This document shows positions 41,732 through 51,444 of a DNA stretch of 64,000 nucleotides, piece after piece (the first letter of the stretch is position 1; each line of letters begins with the position of its first letter). The position numbers and the translations under genes are program-made. The notes under the pieces are model-generated. The model was not told where the DNA came from, searched no databases, and saw only the letters and a list, made by a program, of their open reading frames with translations. The DNA is taken from positions 39,658 to 103,657 of the forward strand of contig JAYNZW010000004.1 of the NCBI GenBank assembly GCA_038103905.1, written 5' to 3'. Origin of the DNA: Pelagibacteraceae bacterium (GTDB lineage Bacteria; Pseudomonadota; Alphaproteobacteria; Pelagibacterales; AG-422-B15).

Positions 41732-42649
41732 GTGAAAACAGATCTAGATCAGGAATATAAGAACTGGATAAATCACTTATCAAATGTAAAGAAGTTAAGT
41801 CAAAACTCAGTTGTCAGTTATAAAAATGATTTATCCAAATTTTTTATTTTTTTAGAAGATTTCACTGAAATAAATATTGGACTTAAGGACATTGAAAATA
41901 TTGAAATTTCTGAATTTAGAAGTTTTTTAACATTCAGAAGGAACTCTGAAATTTCATCTAACTCTATTGCAAGAAACATTTCTGCTTTGAAGTCTTTTTT
42001 TAGTTATCTAATAAAGAATAATAAAATTAAAGAAAGTTCAGTATTTAATTTAAAATCTCCAAAATTGAAAAAGAGCTTACCAAGACCTATTAATGTTGAT
42101 TTGGCAATTCAAGTGATAAAACACTCAGCAGAAATTGAGAATGAAAAATGGATTGGTCTTAGAAACAAAGCAATCTTATTACTTCTTTATGGATGTGGAC
42201 TTAGAATTTCTGAAGCGCTTTCATTAAATTATGATGACGTACAAAATGAAGACCATATTCTCATTAAAGGAAAAGGTGACAAGGAACGAATTGTTCCAAT
42301 GATGCCATATATAAAAAAAGGTATTGATAATTACCTAAAGGCCTGCCCAAAGGAAATTACATCTGGTGAAGCTCTATTTATAGGAAAAAGGCTTTCAAGA
42401 TTAAGTCCTAGGATCATTCAATACACACTAGAAAAGATTAGAGGCGCATTATCTTTGCCAGAGACTGCTACACCACACGCCTTAAGACACAGTTTTGCAA
42501 CACATCTGTTGGACTCTGGAGGAGATCTTAGAACTATTCAGGAACTTCTCGGCCATAGCAGTTTATCGACTACCCAAAAATATACTAAAGTTGAAACATC
42601 TAAGCTTCTTGATAGTTATAAAAAATCACATCCTCTAGCAAAAAAATAG
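41732..42649 (+). CDS. xerC: Tyrosine site-specific recombinase XerC
   Basis: The C-terminal catalytic block HALRHSFATHLLDSGGDLRTIQELLGHSSLSTTQKYT resembles E. coli XerC more than XerD. GTG start. Confidence 0.75.
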   Translation: MKTDLDQEYKNWINHLSNVKKLSQNSVVSYKNDLSKFFIFLEDFTEINIGLKDIENIEISEFRSFLTFRRNSEISSNSIARNISALKSFFSYLIKNNKIKESSVFNLKSPKLKKSLPRPINVDLAIQVIKHSAEIENEKWIGLRNKAILLLLYGCGLRISEALSLNYDDVQNEDHILIKGKGDKERIVPMMPYIKKGIDNYLKACPKEITSGEALFIGKRLSRLSPRIIQYTLEKIRGALSLPETATPHALRHSFATHLLDSGGDLRTIQELLGHSSLSTTQKYTKVETSKLLDSYKKSHPLAKK

Positions 42650-42682
42650 AAATTTATAATTTTTTATTGTATTTTAAATAAA

Positions 42683-43078
42683 ATGGAAAACCCAATAATT
42701 AAATGGCATGAGGTAGTAAAAAATAGAGATTATAATCTTTTAGAATCTATTCTGGCTGATGATATCATTTTTTATTCACCAGTGGTTTATACTCCCCAAA
42801 AAGGAAAGCAATTAGCGCTTCAATATTTAATGGCAGCATCTGAGGTATTTAATTCCAGCAGTTTTAAGTATGACAAAGAAGTCATTGGTAGTTCTAATGC
42901 TTCCCTAGAGTTTTCATTGACTTTGGATAATACAGACATAAATGGAATTGATCTAATATCATGGGATGAAAGTGGAAAAATTTTAGAATTCAAGGTATTT
43001 ATAAGACCATTACAGGGTGTAAATATGATACATAAATTGATGCAGGGGATGCTTGAAAGTTTTAAAAATGTCAGTTGA
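42683..43078 (+). CDS. NTF2-like / SnoaL-like small protein
   Basis: 131 aa. Size and alpha+beta pattern fit the NTF2-like fold, but there is no catalytic motif. Confidence 0.45.
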   Translation: MENPIIKWHEVVKNRDYNLLESILADDIIFYSPVVYTPQKGKQLALQYLMAASEVFNSSSFKYDKEVIGSSNASLEFSLTLDNTDINGIDLISWDESGKILEFKVFIRPLQGVNMIHKLMQGMLESFKNVS

Positions 43079-43988
43079 TAAGCTTCTAGATTATAAACTA
43101 AATGATTTAGTCTTTGTCCTACTTCCACTCTTCGTGTTGTTGGCTGTTATTGAAATACTTGCTATTTATATCTTTAAATTCAAAACAAAAAATGACACTA
43201 AGGAATGGTTTCTAAATATTTTTTTAGGACTATCTAGTTTTCCGATAAATGCGTCTTTTGGATTTATAACAATTGCTGCTCTTTTCTGGGCAAAAAGTTA
43301 TCAAATATATACATTACCATTCACACTACCTGTCCTAGTAATTTGTTTTATTTTAGATGATTTAAGATTTTATCTTCATCACCGTATAGTTCATCGATGG
43401 AGATGGGGTTGGGGTTTGCACAGAGCTCATCATACATCAGAAAGATTTGCTCTTGATGTTGGAGCAAGGCAGCCTTGGACGAAGCATTTTACGGGAACAA
43501 TGATGTTAAAAGTTCCGCTTGTCTTGATTGGCTTTGATCCAATCATGGTTCTTTTTTGCGGATTTATGAACGCCTATTACCAATTTCTTTTACATACTCA
43601 AACAATTAAAAAATTGCCTGCATGGTATGAGTATATTTTTAACACTCCTTCACATCATAGGGTTCACCATGGAAAAAATCCTAAGTATCTTGATGCTAAT
43701 TACGCTGGGACACTAATTATATGGGATCGGTTGCTTGGTACTTTTGTACCTGAAGATGAGAAAGATCTTCCAGATTATGGTTTAGTTGATCCTCTTGATA
43801 CATATAATCCAGCCAGAATTTTATTCGGCGAATATTGGAATATTGTCAAGGATGTGTCACAAAAAGGTATTAGCCTCAAAGCACGATTTATGTATTTATT
43901 TGGCCCACCAGGATGGTCTCATGATGGATCTAGAAAAACGTCGACAGATATTAAAGCAGATTATTATAGAGCGTTAAAAAACAATTAA
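43068..43988 (+). CDS. Fatty acid hydroxylase / sterol desaturase family membrane di-iron enzyme
   Basis: Four N-terminal TM helices and three His boxes (HHRIVH, HRAHH, HHRVHH). An alternative ATG lies at 43053. Confidence 0.75.
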   Translation: MSVDKLLDYKLNDLVFVLLPLFVLLAVIEILAIYIFKFKTKNDTKEWFLNIFLGLSSFPINASFGFITIAALFWAKSYQIYTLPFTLPVLVICFILDDLRFYLHHRIVHRWRWGWGLHRAHHTSERFALDVGARQPWTKHFTGTMMLKVPLVLIGFDPIMVLFCGFMNAYYQFLLHTQTIKKLPAWYEYIFNTPSHHRVHHGKNPKYLDANYAGTLIIWDRLLGTFVPEDEKDLPDYGLVDPLDTYNPARILFGEYWNIVKDVSQKGISLKARFMYLFGPPGWSHDGSRKTSTDIKADYYRALKNN

Positions 43989-44575
43989 TGCCTCCTGCTC
44001 ATTTTGCAATCACAGAAATATTAATTGTATTATCATCATTATACTCAATTATTTTATTAAAAGAACGTAAAGAGTTTTTTGCACTTATTGGTGTGGCCCT
44101 TATTGGCATTGCAGCTAGTATAGGGGCAATTAGATTTGGTATTCACGCTAGTAATACTATAGTTCAACTCAATCAAATTTTAGGAATATACTCAGGATTA
44201 ACTTGCATAGGGCTTATAAGCATTCAAATGGCTTATAATATGCAATGGACATATATTTACAAAATATTACTTGGAATACTTGTTGTAAGTTTAATTGTCA
44301 GCATAGTTTGGCCAAAACAATTTATTTTCAATCTAATTTTAATCTGGTCTATTATATCAATTCTTATAATTATAAATTATCCAAATAATAATTTTGTACA
44401 AAAGTTTTTGAGAGGGTTAACGATGTCAATTTTACTTTTTGGATTTTTAACTCTTAGAAAGAATGGACTACTAACTGAATTTTTTGGGCCATCTACAAGT
44501 TTCCATCTTTATCATATTATTATCGCAATATGGATATTTGCTATAACAAGTCTCATAAAAAAACCCCACATTTAA
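43988..44575 (+). CDS. Polytopic membrane protein, unknown function
   Basis: 195 aa with about 6 TM helices. TAATG overlap with the hydroxylase gene suggests translational coupling. Confidence 0.5.
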   Translation: MPPAHFAITEILIVLSSLYSIILLKERKEFFALIGVALIGIAASIGAIRFGIHASNTIVQLNQILGIYSGLTCIGLISIQMAYNMQWTYIYKILLGILVVSLIVSIVWPKQFIFNLILIWSIISILIIINYPNNNFVQKFLRGLTMSILLFGFLTLRKNGLLTEFFGPSTSFHLYHIIIAIWIFAITSLIKKPHI

Positions 44576-44590
44576 ATGTGGGGTTTAAAA
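44557..44590 (-). terminator. Intrinsic terminator (strong on minus strand, weak on plus strand)
   Basis: Perfect palindrome CCCCACAT-TTAA-ATGTGGGG (44564-44583). On the minus strand it is followed by T7; on the plus strand only by TTT. The plus-strand gene's TAA stop sits in the loop. Confidence 0.65.
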
Positions 44591-44612
44591 AAGGTATTTC
44601 ACCGAAATTTGA

Positions 44613-44681
44613 TTAACAAATTTTTTTAAAAATAATTTTTGATGGTTGTGGACACCACCCAGAATTTTCTGGTGGATTCAA
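44613..44681 (-). CDS. Candidate 22-codon small ORF (MNPPENSGWCPQPSKIIFKKIC) or core of a small structured RNA
   Basis: GGAGG (44694-44690), rare in this AT-rich DNA, lies 8 nt upstream of a TTG start. The ORF ends about 30 nt before the 44557-44590 terminator and lies downstream of the 44741-44769 terminator. I recognise no homology. Confidence 0.3.
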   Translation of the reverse strand: MNPPENSGWCPQPSKIIFKKIC

Positions 44682-44740
44682 CTTTTTAACCTCCACGCTA
44701 TCATGCTTAAATTATTATCTAATAATAATTCCTTTACAAT

Positions 44741-44769
44741 AAAAAAGGCCTTAATTGCTTAAGGCCTTT
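44741..44769 (-). terminator. Intrinsic terminator of the mdh-sucCDAB-lpdA operon
   Basis: GGCCTTAA-TTGC-TTAAGGCC hairpin followed by T6 on the minus strand, 142 nt downstream of the lpdA stop. Confidence 0.7.
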
Positions 44770-44911
44770 AAATGATAACGTGGATATAGTGCAGGTTTTT
44801 AATGTAGAAAAATTGATTCTGCAAGTAATTATCTGATTTTTAAATATTCTTTTTTATCCCAGTTTTCAGGGTTTTAATTTGTATTTTGAATTATTCGAAA
44901 ATATTTTTTAT

Positions 44912-46303
44912 CTAAATATGAATTGCATCACCTTCAACATTGAGGGCAGCTTCTTTTATGGATTCGTTTAAAGTAGGGTGCGCATGGCAAGTTCTTGCAA
45001 TATCTTCTGAAGAAGCGCCAAACTCCATTGCTAATGAAAGCTCCGCTATTAAATTACCAGCGTCTGGACCAATTATATGAACACCCAGCACTTCATCAGT
45101 TTCAACATCGGACAAAATTTTAACAAAGCCTTCAGTATCATGCATAATCTTTGCTCTTGGATTAGCAGTAAAAGGGAACTTCCCTACTTTATATTTTATT
45201 CCTGAATTTTTAATTTCATCCTCAGTTTTGCCTACTGAAGCAACTTCTGGTGAAGTATATATTACTGAAGGTATAGTATTGTAATTTACTTGTCCTACTT
45301 GACCACAGATAATCTCGGCTACTGCAACTCCTTCCTCAGATGCCTTATGAGCTAACATAGGGCCTTTTCTACAGTCACCAATTGCGTATATGTTTTTAAT
45401 CTTTGTTTGAAATAGTTCATTTGTTTCAACTCTTCCATGGTTATCAACTTCAATATTTAATTGTTCTAAATTCAAGCCATACGTATATGCTTTTCGTCCA
45501 GTGGAAATGAGAACTTTGTCACAAGCTAATTCCATGGACTGCCCTTTAGTTTCAACAGTAACATAAGTTTTTCCATTTTTTTTTGCAATAGATCTAAGAG
45601 CAGTTGATAACTTAAAATCAAAACCCTGTTTAATTAAAATTTTTTGAAAATTTTTAGATACTTCGCTATCCATTTCAGGCAAAATTCTTTCTGCAAATTC
45701 AATTACAGTAACCTTTGAACCAAGCCGAGACCAAACAGAGCCTAACTCTAAACCAATATAACCTGCGCCAATTATAAGTAAATCATTCGGAACAGCACTT
45801 AAGTTTAACGCGCCTGTTGAAGACAAAATATCAATTTCATCTAATAATATATCTTTCGGAATTGAAACTTCTGATCCTGTAGCAATGACTATATTTTTAG
45901 CTTTAATGAATTCAGAATCATTATCGGATAAAACTTCAATTTCATTTGAATTTGATATTCGCCCAAAACCTTTTTTATGAACTATCTTATTTTTCTTAAA
46001 TAAAAATTTAATACCATCTGTAAGGCCTGTCACACTTTCGTTCTTTGACTCAAGCATTTTTTTTATATCAATATTAACACTTGAGACTGAAATGCCAATT
46101 TTACTTAAATCTTGTGTTTGCTTATATAAATAAGACGTATGAAGTAATGATTTAGATGGAATACAACCTACATTTAAACATGTTCCACCTAAATTCTCAC
46201 TCTTTTCAATACAGCATACGCTAAGTCCTAATTGTGCAGCGCGTATAGCACACACATATCCTCCAGGACCACTTCCAATAATTGCAATATCAAAATCAGA
46301 CAA
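44912..46303 (-). CDS. lpdA: Dihydrolipoyl dehydrogenase (E3)
   Basis: GSGPGGY FAD motif, redox-active GGTCLNVGCIPSK, and a C-terminal HAHPT motif. Confidence 0.95.
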   Translation of the reverse strand: MSDFDIAIIGSGPGGYVCAIRAAQLGLSVCCIEKSENLGGTCLNVGCIPSKSLLHTSYLYKQTQDLSKIGISVSSVNIDIKKMLESKNESVTGLTDGIKFLFKKNKIVHKKGFGRISNSNEIEVLSDNDSEFIKAKNIVIATGSEVSIPKDILLDEIDILSSTGALNLSAVPNDLLIIGAGYIGLELGSVWSRLGSKVTVIEFAERILPEMDSEVSKNFQKILIKQGFDFKLSTALRSIAKKNGKTYVTVETKGQSMELACDKVLISTGRKAYTYGLNLEQLNIEVDNHGRVETNELFQTKIKNIYAIGDCRKGPMLAHKASEEGVAVAEIICGQVGQVNYNTIPSVIYTSPEVASVGKTEDEIKNSGIKYKVGKFPFTANPRAKIMHDTEGFVKILSDVETDEVLGVHIIGPDAGNLIAELSLAMEFGASSEDIARTCHAHPTLNESIKEAALNVEGDAIHI

Positions 46304-46305
46304 AA

Positions 46306-47562
46306 TTAAACACCTAATAATAATCGCCTTGGATCTTCAAGGCTTTCTTTTACCCTTACAAGAAAAGTTACTGCAGCTTTACCATCAATAATTCGATGAT
46401 CATAAGAAAGGGCCAAATACATCATTGGTCTGATGGTAATTTCATCATCAATTACAATTGGCCTTTTTTCAATTTTATGCATACCAAGAACACCAGACTG
46501 AGGCGGATTTAAAATTGGAGTAGACATAAGAGAGCCATAAACTCCGCCATTTGATACTGTAAAAGTACCTTCTTGCATATCAGTTATGCTTAACTTTCCT
46601 GATCTAGCTTTGCTTCCAAGTTCAAATATTTCTTTTTCAATTTCAATGATGGATTTTTTATCAGCATCTCTTACAACAGGCACTACAAGACCTTGATCAG
46701 TTCCAACTGCAACTCCAATATTATAAAAATTCTTATATATAATATTACTGTCTTGAATTTCAGCATTAACATCGGGTATTTCTTTGAGTGCGGTGACACA
46801 AGCTTTAACAAAAAAAGACATAAAACCAAGTTTAACTCCATATTTTGTTTCAAAGCTGTCTTTATATTCATTCCTGGTTTCAATCAATTGAAACATATCA
46901 ACTTCATTAAATGTCGTAAGAATAGCTGCATTATTTTGCGCATCCTTCAATCTTTTAGCTATTGTTTGCCTTAACCGAGACATTGGAACAGATTTTCGTA
47001 GCTCAGTATCGGCTGAGGTCAATCCATCAACTTCAAATTTAGACTGAGGTTCATTCATAGCATTTATTAAATCCCCTTTAGTAATTCTGCCATCACTTCT
47101 TTTTGACTCTACATTTGAAAGATTAATTTTTTGCTCAGCAACAATTTTTCTTACAGAGGGAGACAATTTTTCAATATTTGTTACTATTTTCTTATTATCA
47201 TTATTTAGTGTTTCGATTTCATCAATATTGATTTTATTCTCATTCTGCACAATTTCTTTTGTCTCATCCTGAGTATTTTGAATTTCGTCTTCAACCACCT
47301 TCTCACTTACTGAATTTATTTCAGCTCCCTCAGCAACTTGGCCAAGTAATGCTCCAACTTCAACGGTTTCACCTTCTTTTACGGAAATTGTTTTTAATTG
47401 CCCACTACAAGGAGATGGAACTTCTAGGGTCACCTTATCAGTCTCAAGTTCAACTATAGGCTCATCTGTTGAAACATTGTCACCAAGATTTTTGTACCAC
47501 TTAGCAACAGTCGCTTCTACAACACTTTCACCAAGGGAAGGGACTTTAATTTCAGTGGTCAT
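46306..47562 (-). CDS. sucB: Dihydrolipoyllysine-residue succinyltransferase (E2o)
   Basis: N-terminal lipoyl domain (ELETDKV), a peripheral subunit-binding domain, and a C-terminal catalytic DHR..DG motif. Confidence 0.95.
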   Translation of the reverse strand: MTTEIKVPSLGESVVEATVAKWYKNLGDNVSTDEPIVELETDKVTLEVPSPCSGQLKTISVKEGETVEVGALLGQVAEGAEINSVSEKVVEDEIQNTQDETKEIVQNENKINIDEIETLNNDNKKIVTNIEKLSPSVRKIVAEQKINLSNVESKRSDGRITKGDLINAMNEPQSKFEVDGLTSADTELRKSVPMSRLRQTIAKRLKDAQNNAAILTTFNEVDMFQLIETRNEYKDSFETKYGVKLGFMSFFVKACVTALKEIPDVNAEIQDSNIIYKNFYNIGVAVGTDQGLVVPVVRDADKKSIIEIEKEIFELGSKARSGKLSITDMQEGTFTVSNGGVYGSLMSTPILNPPQSGVLGMHKIEKRPIVIDDEITIRPMMYLALSYDHRIIDGKAAVTFLVRVKESLEDPRRLLLGV

Positions 47563-47588
47563 AGAACTTATTTAACACTTTAAAATTA

Positions 47589-50546
47589 TTATTCAATTGG
47601 GAGTTCATATTTTAATAGAGAAACACCGTCTTTGTTGTCATAAATTTCTTTTTTATTGGCTTTGAGCGCCAGATCAATAATATTTTTTTGGTTTTGATTA
47701 TGTCTAGCTTGTACTCCAGTAGCAGGAGAAGCTGATGATCGTCTGCCAATAAAAATCAATTCTTTTGTTTTAGCTTCGAGAGAACGCATTACGGACTCAA
47801 CTCTTTCTTTAACAAAAAAATAAGCCCCCATATTTGAAGGTTCTTCTTGTACCCAAAAAATTTCACAATTTTTATAGCATTCTAACTCTTCTTTAAGTGC
47901 ATCATAAGGAAAAGGATACAATTGGTCTAATCGAAGAATTGCAATATTCTCAAGTCCCATAGACTCCATCTGATCATGAATCTCAAAATAAATTTTTCCT
48001 GAACAAAGCAATACTCTATTAATCTTTTCTTTACTTGACTCATCTAATTGATCATTCATTACTCGATGAAACGATGAGCCATTAATAAAATCTTCAATTT
48101 TTGAAGTATTTTTTTTATGTCTTAATGTTGATTTAGGAGTCATTATTATAAGAGGCTTCCTGAAATCTCTATGTAACTGTCTTCTTAATGCATGAAAATA
48201 GTTACCAGGAGATGTACAGTTAACAACTTGTATATTATCTTCTGCGCACATTTGTAAAAAACGTTCAACTCTCCCACTAGTATGCTCTGGTCCTTGTCCT
48301 TCATGTCCATGTGGTAACAACAATGTAAGCCCTGACATCCTTAGCCATTTTCTTTCACCAGTAGTGATGAATTGGTCAATAATAGTTTGAGCATTGTTTG
48401 CAAAATCTCCAAATTGACCTTCCCATAAAACTAATGTTTTTGGATCAACTTGGGAATAGCCATATTCAAATCCTAAAACACCATACTCAGATAAAAAACT
48501 ATCAATTATTTCAAAAAGACCTTGTTGCTCCTGAAAATGCCTCAAAGGAACAAATCTTTTTTCATTAATTTGATCATAAAGAACAGCATGTCTCTGGCTA
48601 AATGTTCCTCTACCAACATCTTGGCCAGATAATCTGACTCCAAACCCCTCTGATAACAAGGTTCCAAAAGCTAGAGCTTCTGCTGTTGCCCAATCAATTC
48701 CTTCACCATTAAGTATAGATACAGATCTATCATTATAAATTTTCTTAATTCTTTTGTGAGCTGTAAAATCTTCAGGCAATTTATGAATTGCAACTGATAT
48801 AGATATCAGATCATTTTTTTCTACAGCAGTCTTCCCTCGTCTAGCATCGAAGGAGGCAGTTGAAAGACCCTTCCAAGAGCCTTCAAGCCAATCAGCTTTG
48901 TTTGACTTATAGGTCTTCGAAAGAGAAAGCTCAGAATCAAGAAAATTTTTATATTCTTCTGTAAATTTTTTTGAGTCTTCAGTTGAAAGAATCTTTTCAT
49001 CTATTAATTTTTTTTCATAGATTTTTAAAGTTGACTTATGGGCTTTAATTTTTTGATACATTAATGGTTGAGTGAATTCAGGTAAATCCATTTCGTTATG
49101 ACCAGCTCTTCGATAACAAAACATATCTACAATAACATCTGTTTTAAATTTATTTCTAAATTCTGCTGCAAGCCTGCAAACATGAACAACTGCCTCAGGG
49201 TCATCTCCATTGACATGAAAAATTGGCGCTTGAACAATTTTTGCTATTTCTGTGCAGTAAGGAGCTGACCTTCCATAATGCGGCATTGTTGTAAAGCCAA
49301 TTTGGTTATTAATAACAAAATGTATGGTGCCACCAGTTCTGAAACCTCTTAACTGTGACATAGCAAATGTCTCAGCCACAACTCCCTGTCCAGCTATAGC
49401 TGCGTCTCCATGAATTAATACACCAATTACTTTCTCATTTTTTTTATCTTTAGTGAGCGTCTGCTTAGCCCTAACTTTACCAATAACGACTGGATCCACA
49501 GCTTCAAGATGAGAAGGGTTTGGTGTTAGAGATAAATGTATTTTTTTACCATCAAACTCTCTGTCACTTGAGACACCTAGATGATATTTAACATCACCAG
49601 AACCTAAAACTTCATTAGGATCATCAGATCCTCCTTGAAATTTTGTCATAATAGCTCTTAAGGGAACCTCCATAACTGATGCCAAAAGTGTCAGTCTTCC
49701 TCGATGGGCTGTTCCAATATAAACATCTTCAACACCAGCTAGACAACTTTGTTTGATTATTTGCTCAATGCCAGGAACGGTTGACTCACTACCAACAAGA
49801 CCGAAGCGTTTTGTTCCAAGAAACTTCTTGTCTAAATAATTTTCAAACATTTCAGCCTCTAAAAGTCGACGATATATGGCCCTTTTACCCGCAACTGTAA
49901 ACTGAGTTTTATTTCGAACCTCTTCAATTCTTTCTTGAACCCATTGTTTTTGATCAGGATCTTGAATGTGTAAGAATTCAACTCCTATTGAACTGGAATA
50001 TGTTTCATGTAAAATTTTTATTATTTCTTTTAGCTTTGAATTATCAAGCCCTAGACTTCCATCAATAAAAATTGAATTATAAATATCACTTTCATTAAAT
50101 ACATAATTTTTATAGTCTAATTCAGGATGATAGTTTTTTTGACTTAGTTGTAGCGGATCTAAATTTGCAATTAAATGACCATTTATTCGAAAAGCACGTA
50201 TTAATCTAAGAGCTCTAATTGAGTCTAAAGTTGCTTGTTGTATTTCATCAACGGAATAAGAAATATTTTTTTTGATAATTTTTTCTGGTAAACCTGACCA
50301 ATTTCCATCAATAGCTGAAACAAGATCACCATTTTGAGTCTTTAAATCATTATTTGCCCAATCAGCAGTGTATGTGCTTGAGTTTAGGCCATCATCTCTA
50401 ATATTTTTAAAAAATATACCCCAATCATTGGGTACTGAAGATGGATCATTGGAAAATTTCTTAAACATTTCTTCTACATAAGTTGCATTTGCACCATGTA
50501 AAAAAGAAGTTTTATCAAAAATTTGATTTGATGGAGTTTTTGGCAT
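47589..50546 (-). CDS. sucA: 2-oxoglutarate dehydrogenase E1 component
   Basis: 985 aa with ThDP-binding blocks (HGDAA.AGQGVV) and the typical length. Confidence 0.95.
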   Translation of the reverse strand: MPKTPSNQIFDKTSFLHGANATYVEEMFKKFSNDPSSVPNDWGIFFKNIRDDGLNSSTYTADWANNDLKTQNGDLVSAIDGNWSGLPEKIIKKNISYSVDEIQQATLDSIRALRLIRAFRINGHLIANLDPLQLSQKNYHPELDYKNYVFNESDIYNSIFIDGSLGLDNSKLKEIIKILHETYSSSIGVEFLHIQDPDQKQWVQERIEEVRNKTQFTVAGKRAIYRRLLEAEMFENYLDKKFLGTKRFGLVGSESTVPGIEQIIKQSCLAGVEDVYIGTAHRGRLTLLASVMEVPLRAIMTKFQGGSDDPNEVLGSGDVKYHLGVSSDREFDGKKIHLSLTPNPSHLEAVDPVVIGKVRAKQTLTKDKKNEKVIGVLIHGDAAIAGQGVVAETFAMSQLRGFRTGGTIHFVINNQIGFTTMPHYGRSAPYCTEIAKIVQAPIFHVNGDDPEAVVHVCRLAAEFRNKFKTDVIVDMFCYRRAGHNEMDLPEFTQPLMYQKIKAHKSTLKIYEKKLIDEKILSTEDSKKFTEEYKNFLDSELSLSKTYKSNKADWLEGSWKGLSTASFDARRGKTAVEKNDLISISVAIHKLPEDFTAHKRIKKIYNDRSVSILNGEGIDWATAEALAFGTLLSEGFGVRLSGQDVGRGTFSQRHAVLYDQINEKRFVPLRHFQEQQGLFEIIDSFLSEYGVLGFEYGYSQVDPKTLVLWEGQFGDFANNAQTIIDQFITTGERKWLRMSGLTLLLPHGHEGQGPEHTSGRVERFLQMCAEDNIQVVNCTSPGNYFHALRRQLHRDFRKPLIIMTPKSTLRHKKNTSKIEDFINGSSFHRVMNDQLDESSKEKINRVLLCSGKIYFEIHDQMESMGLENIAILRLDQLYPFPYDALKEELECYKNCEIFWVQEEPSNMGAYFFVKERVESVMRSLEAKTKELIFIGRRSSASPATGVQARHNQNQKNIIDLALKANKKEIYDNKDGVSLLKYELPIE

Positions 50547-50568
50547 TCAATTCAATTATATAATAGAA

Positions 50569-51444
50569 TTAGCCTTTCAATACTTCAAGTAAAGTTGAGC
50601 CCAAAGCGGCTGGAGAATTAGAAATACGCATTCCAGCAGATTTCATTGCTTCTATTTTATCGTCGGCTCCTCCCTTTCCACCAGATACGATTGCTCCCGC
50701 ATGACCCATACGACGACCTGGAGGAGCTGATGTCCCAGCGATAAAACCAACCATCGGTTTCTTAATTGACTGTTTTTTTATAAATTCTGCTGCTTCTTCT
50801 TCCGCTGAACCTCCAATTTCACCAATCATAATTATGGATTCAGTTTCATCATCACTTAGAAATAGTTCCAAACAATCTATAAAATTTGTCCCATTAATTG
50901 GGTCGCCACCAATCCCAACACAAGTTGATTGCCCCATACCTGCTACAGTTGTTTGAAAAACAGCTTCATACGTCAATGTTCCTGATCGAGATACAATTCC
51001 TACACTTCCCTTCTTATGAATATGTGCAGGCATAATGCCAATTTTACATTCATCAGGTGTAATAATACCTGGGCAATTTGGGCCAATTAAGCGAGACTTA
51101 GATGATTTCAATTTATCTTTGACATTCATCATGTCTATAACGGGGATACCTTCCGTAATACATATTATTAGTTCTATCTCACTTTCAATTGCCTCAATAA
51201 TTGCTGCAGCAGCAAATGGAGGTGGAACATAAATTACAGAAGCATTTGCCTCAGTTTTTTCTTTTGCTTCACGCACTGTATCAAATACTGGTAAACCAAG
51301 GTGAGAAGTTCCACCTTTCTTTGGTGTTACGCCACCAACAAGCTTAGTTCCATATTTTATTGCTTGTTCTGAATGAAAGGTTCCTTGAGATCCAGTAAAA
51401 CCCTGACATATAACTTTTGTTTCTTTATTAACAATTATTGACAC
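50569..51444 (-). CDS. sucD: Succinyl-CoA synthetase alpha subunit
   Basis: Phosphohistidine loop MGHAGAI, and GFTG and SRSGTLTYE blocks. Confidence 0.95.
   Translation of the reverse strand: MSIIVNKETKVICQGFTGSQGTFHSEQAIKYGTKLVGGVTPKKGGTSHLGLPVFDTVREAKEKTEANASVIYVPPPFAAAAIIEAIESEIELIICITEGIPVIDMMNVKDKLKSSKSRLIGPNCPGIITPDECKIGIMPAHIHKKGSVGIVSRSGTLTYEAVFQTTVAGMGQSTCVGIGGDPINGTNFIDCLELFLSDDETESIIMIGEIGGSAEEEAAEFIKKQSIKKPMVGFIAGTSAPPGRRMGHAGAIVSGGKGGADDKIEAMKSAGMRISNSPAALGSTLLEVLKG

Noticed and set aside
41732-42649. Tyrosine recombinase as a possible integrase marking a mobile element or island (there is also a tRNA-Leu at the window edge).
   Set aside because: The C-terminal catalytic block matches chromosomal XerC closely. 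It sits in a core neighbourhood (priA, tal), and no direct repeats, att-like tRNA fragment, phage or transposase genes accompany it. The tRNA at 1-79 is followed by core membrane and ubiquinone genes.
44771-44911. 142-nt stretch between the lpdA stop and its terminator as a possible second small gene (an 18-codon TTG frame on the minus strand).
   Set aside because: It has no Shine-Dalgarno sequence, no ATG and no convincing structure. It is most simply a long 3' UTR of the suc-lpd operon.
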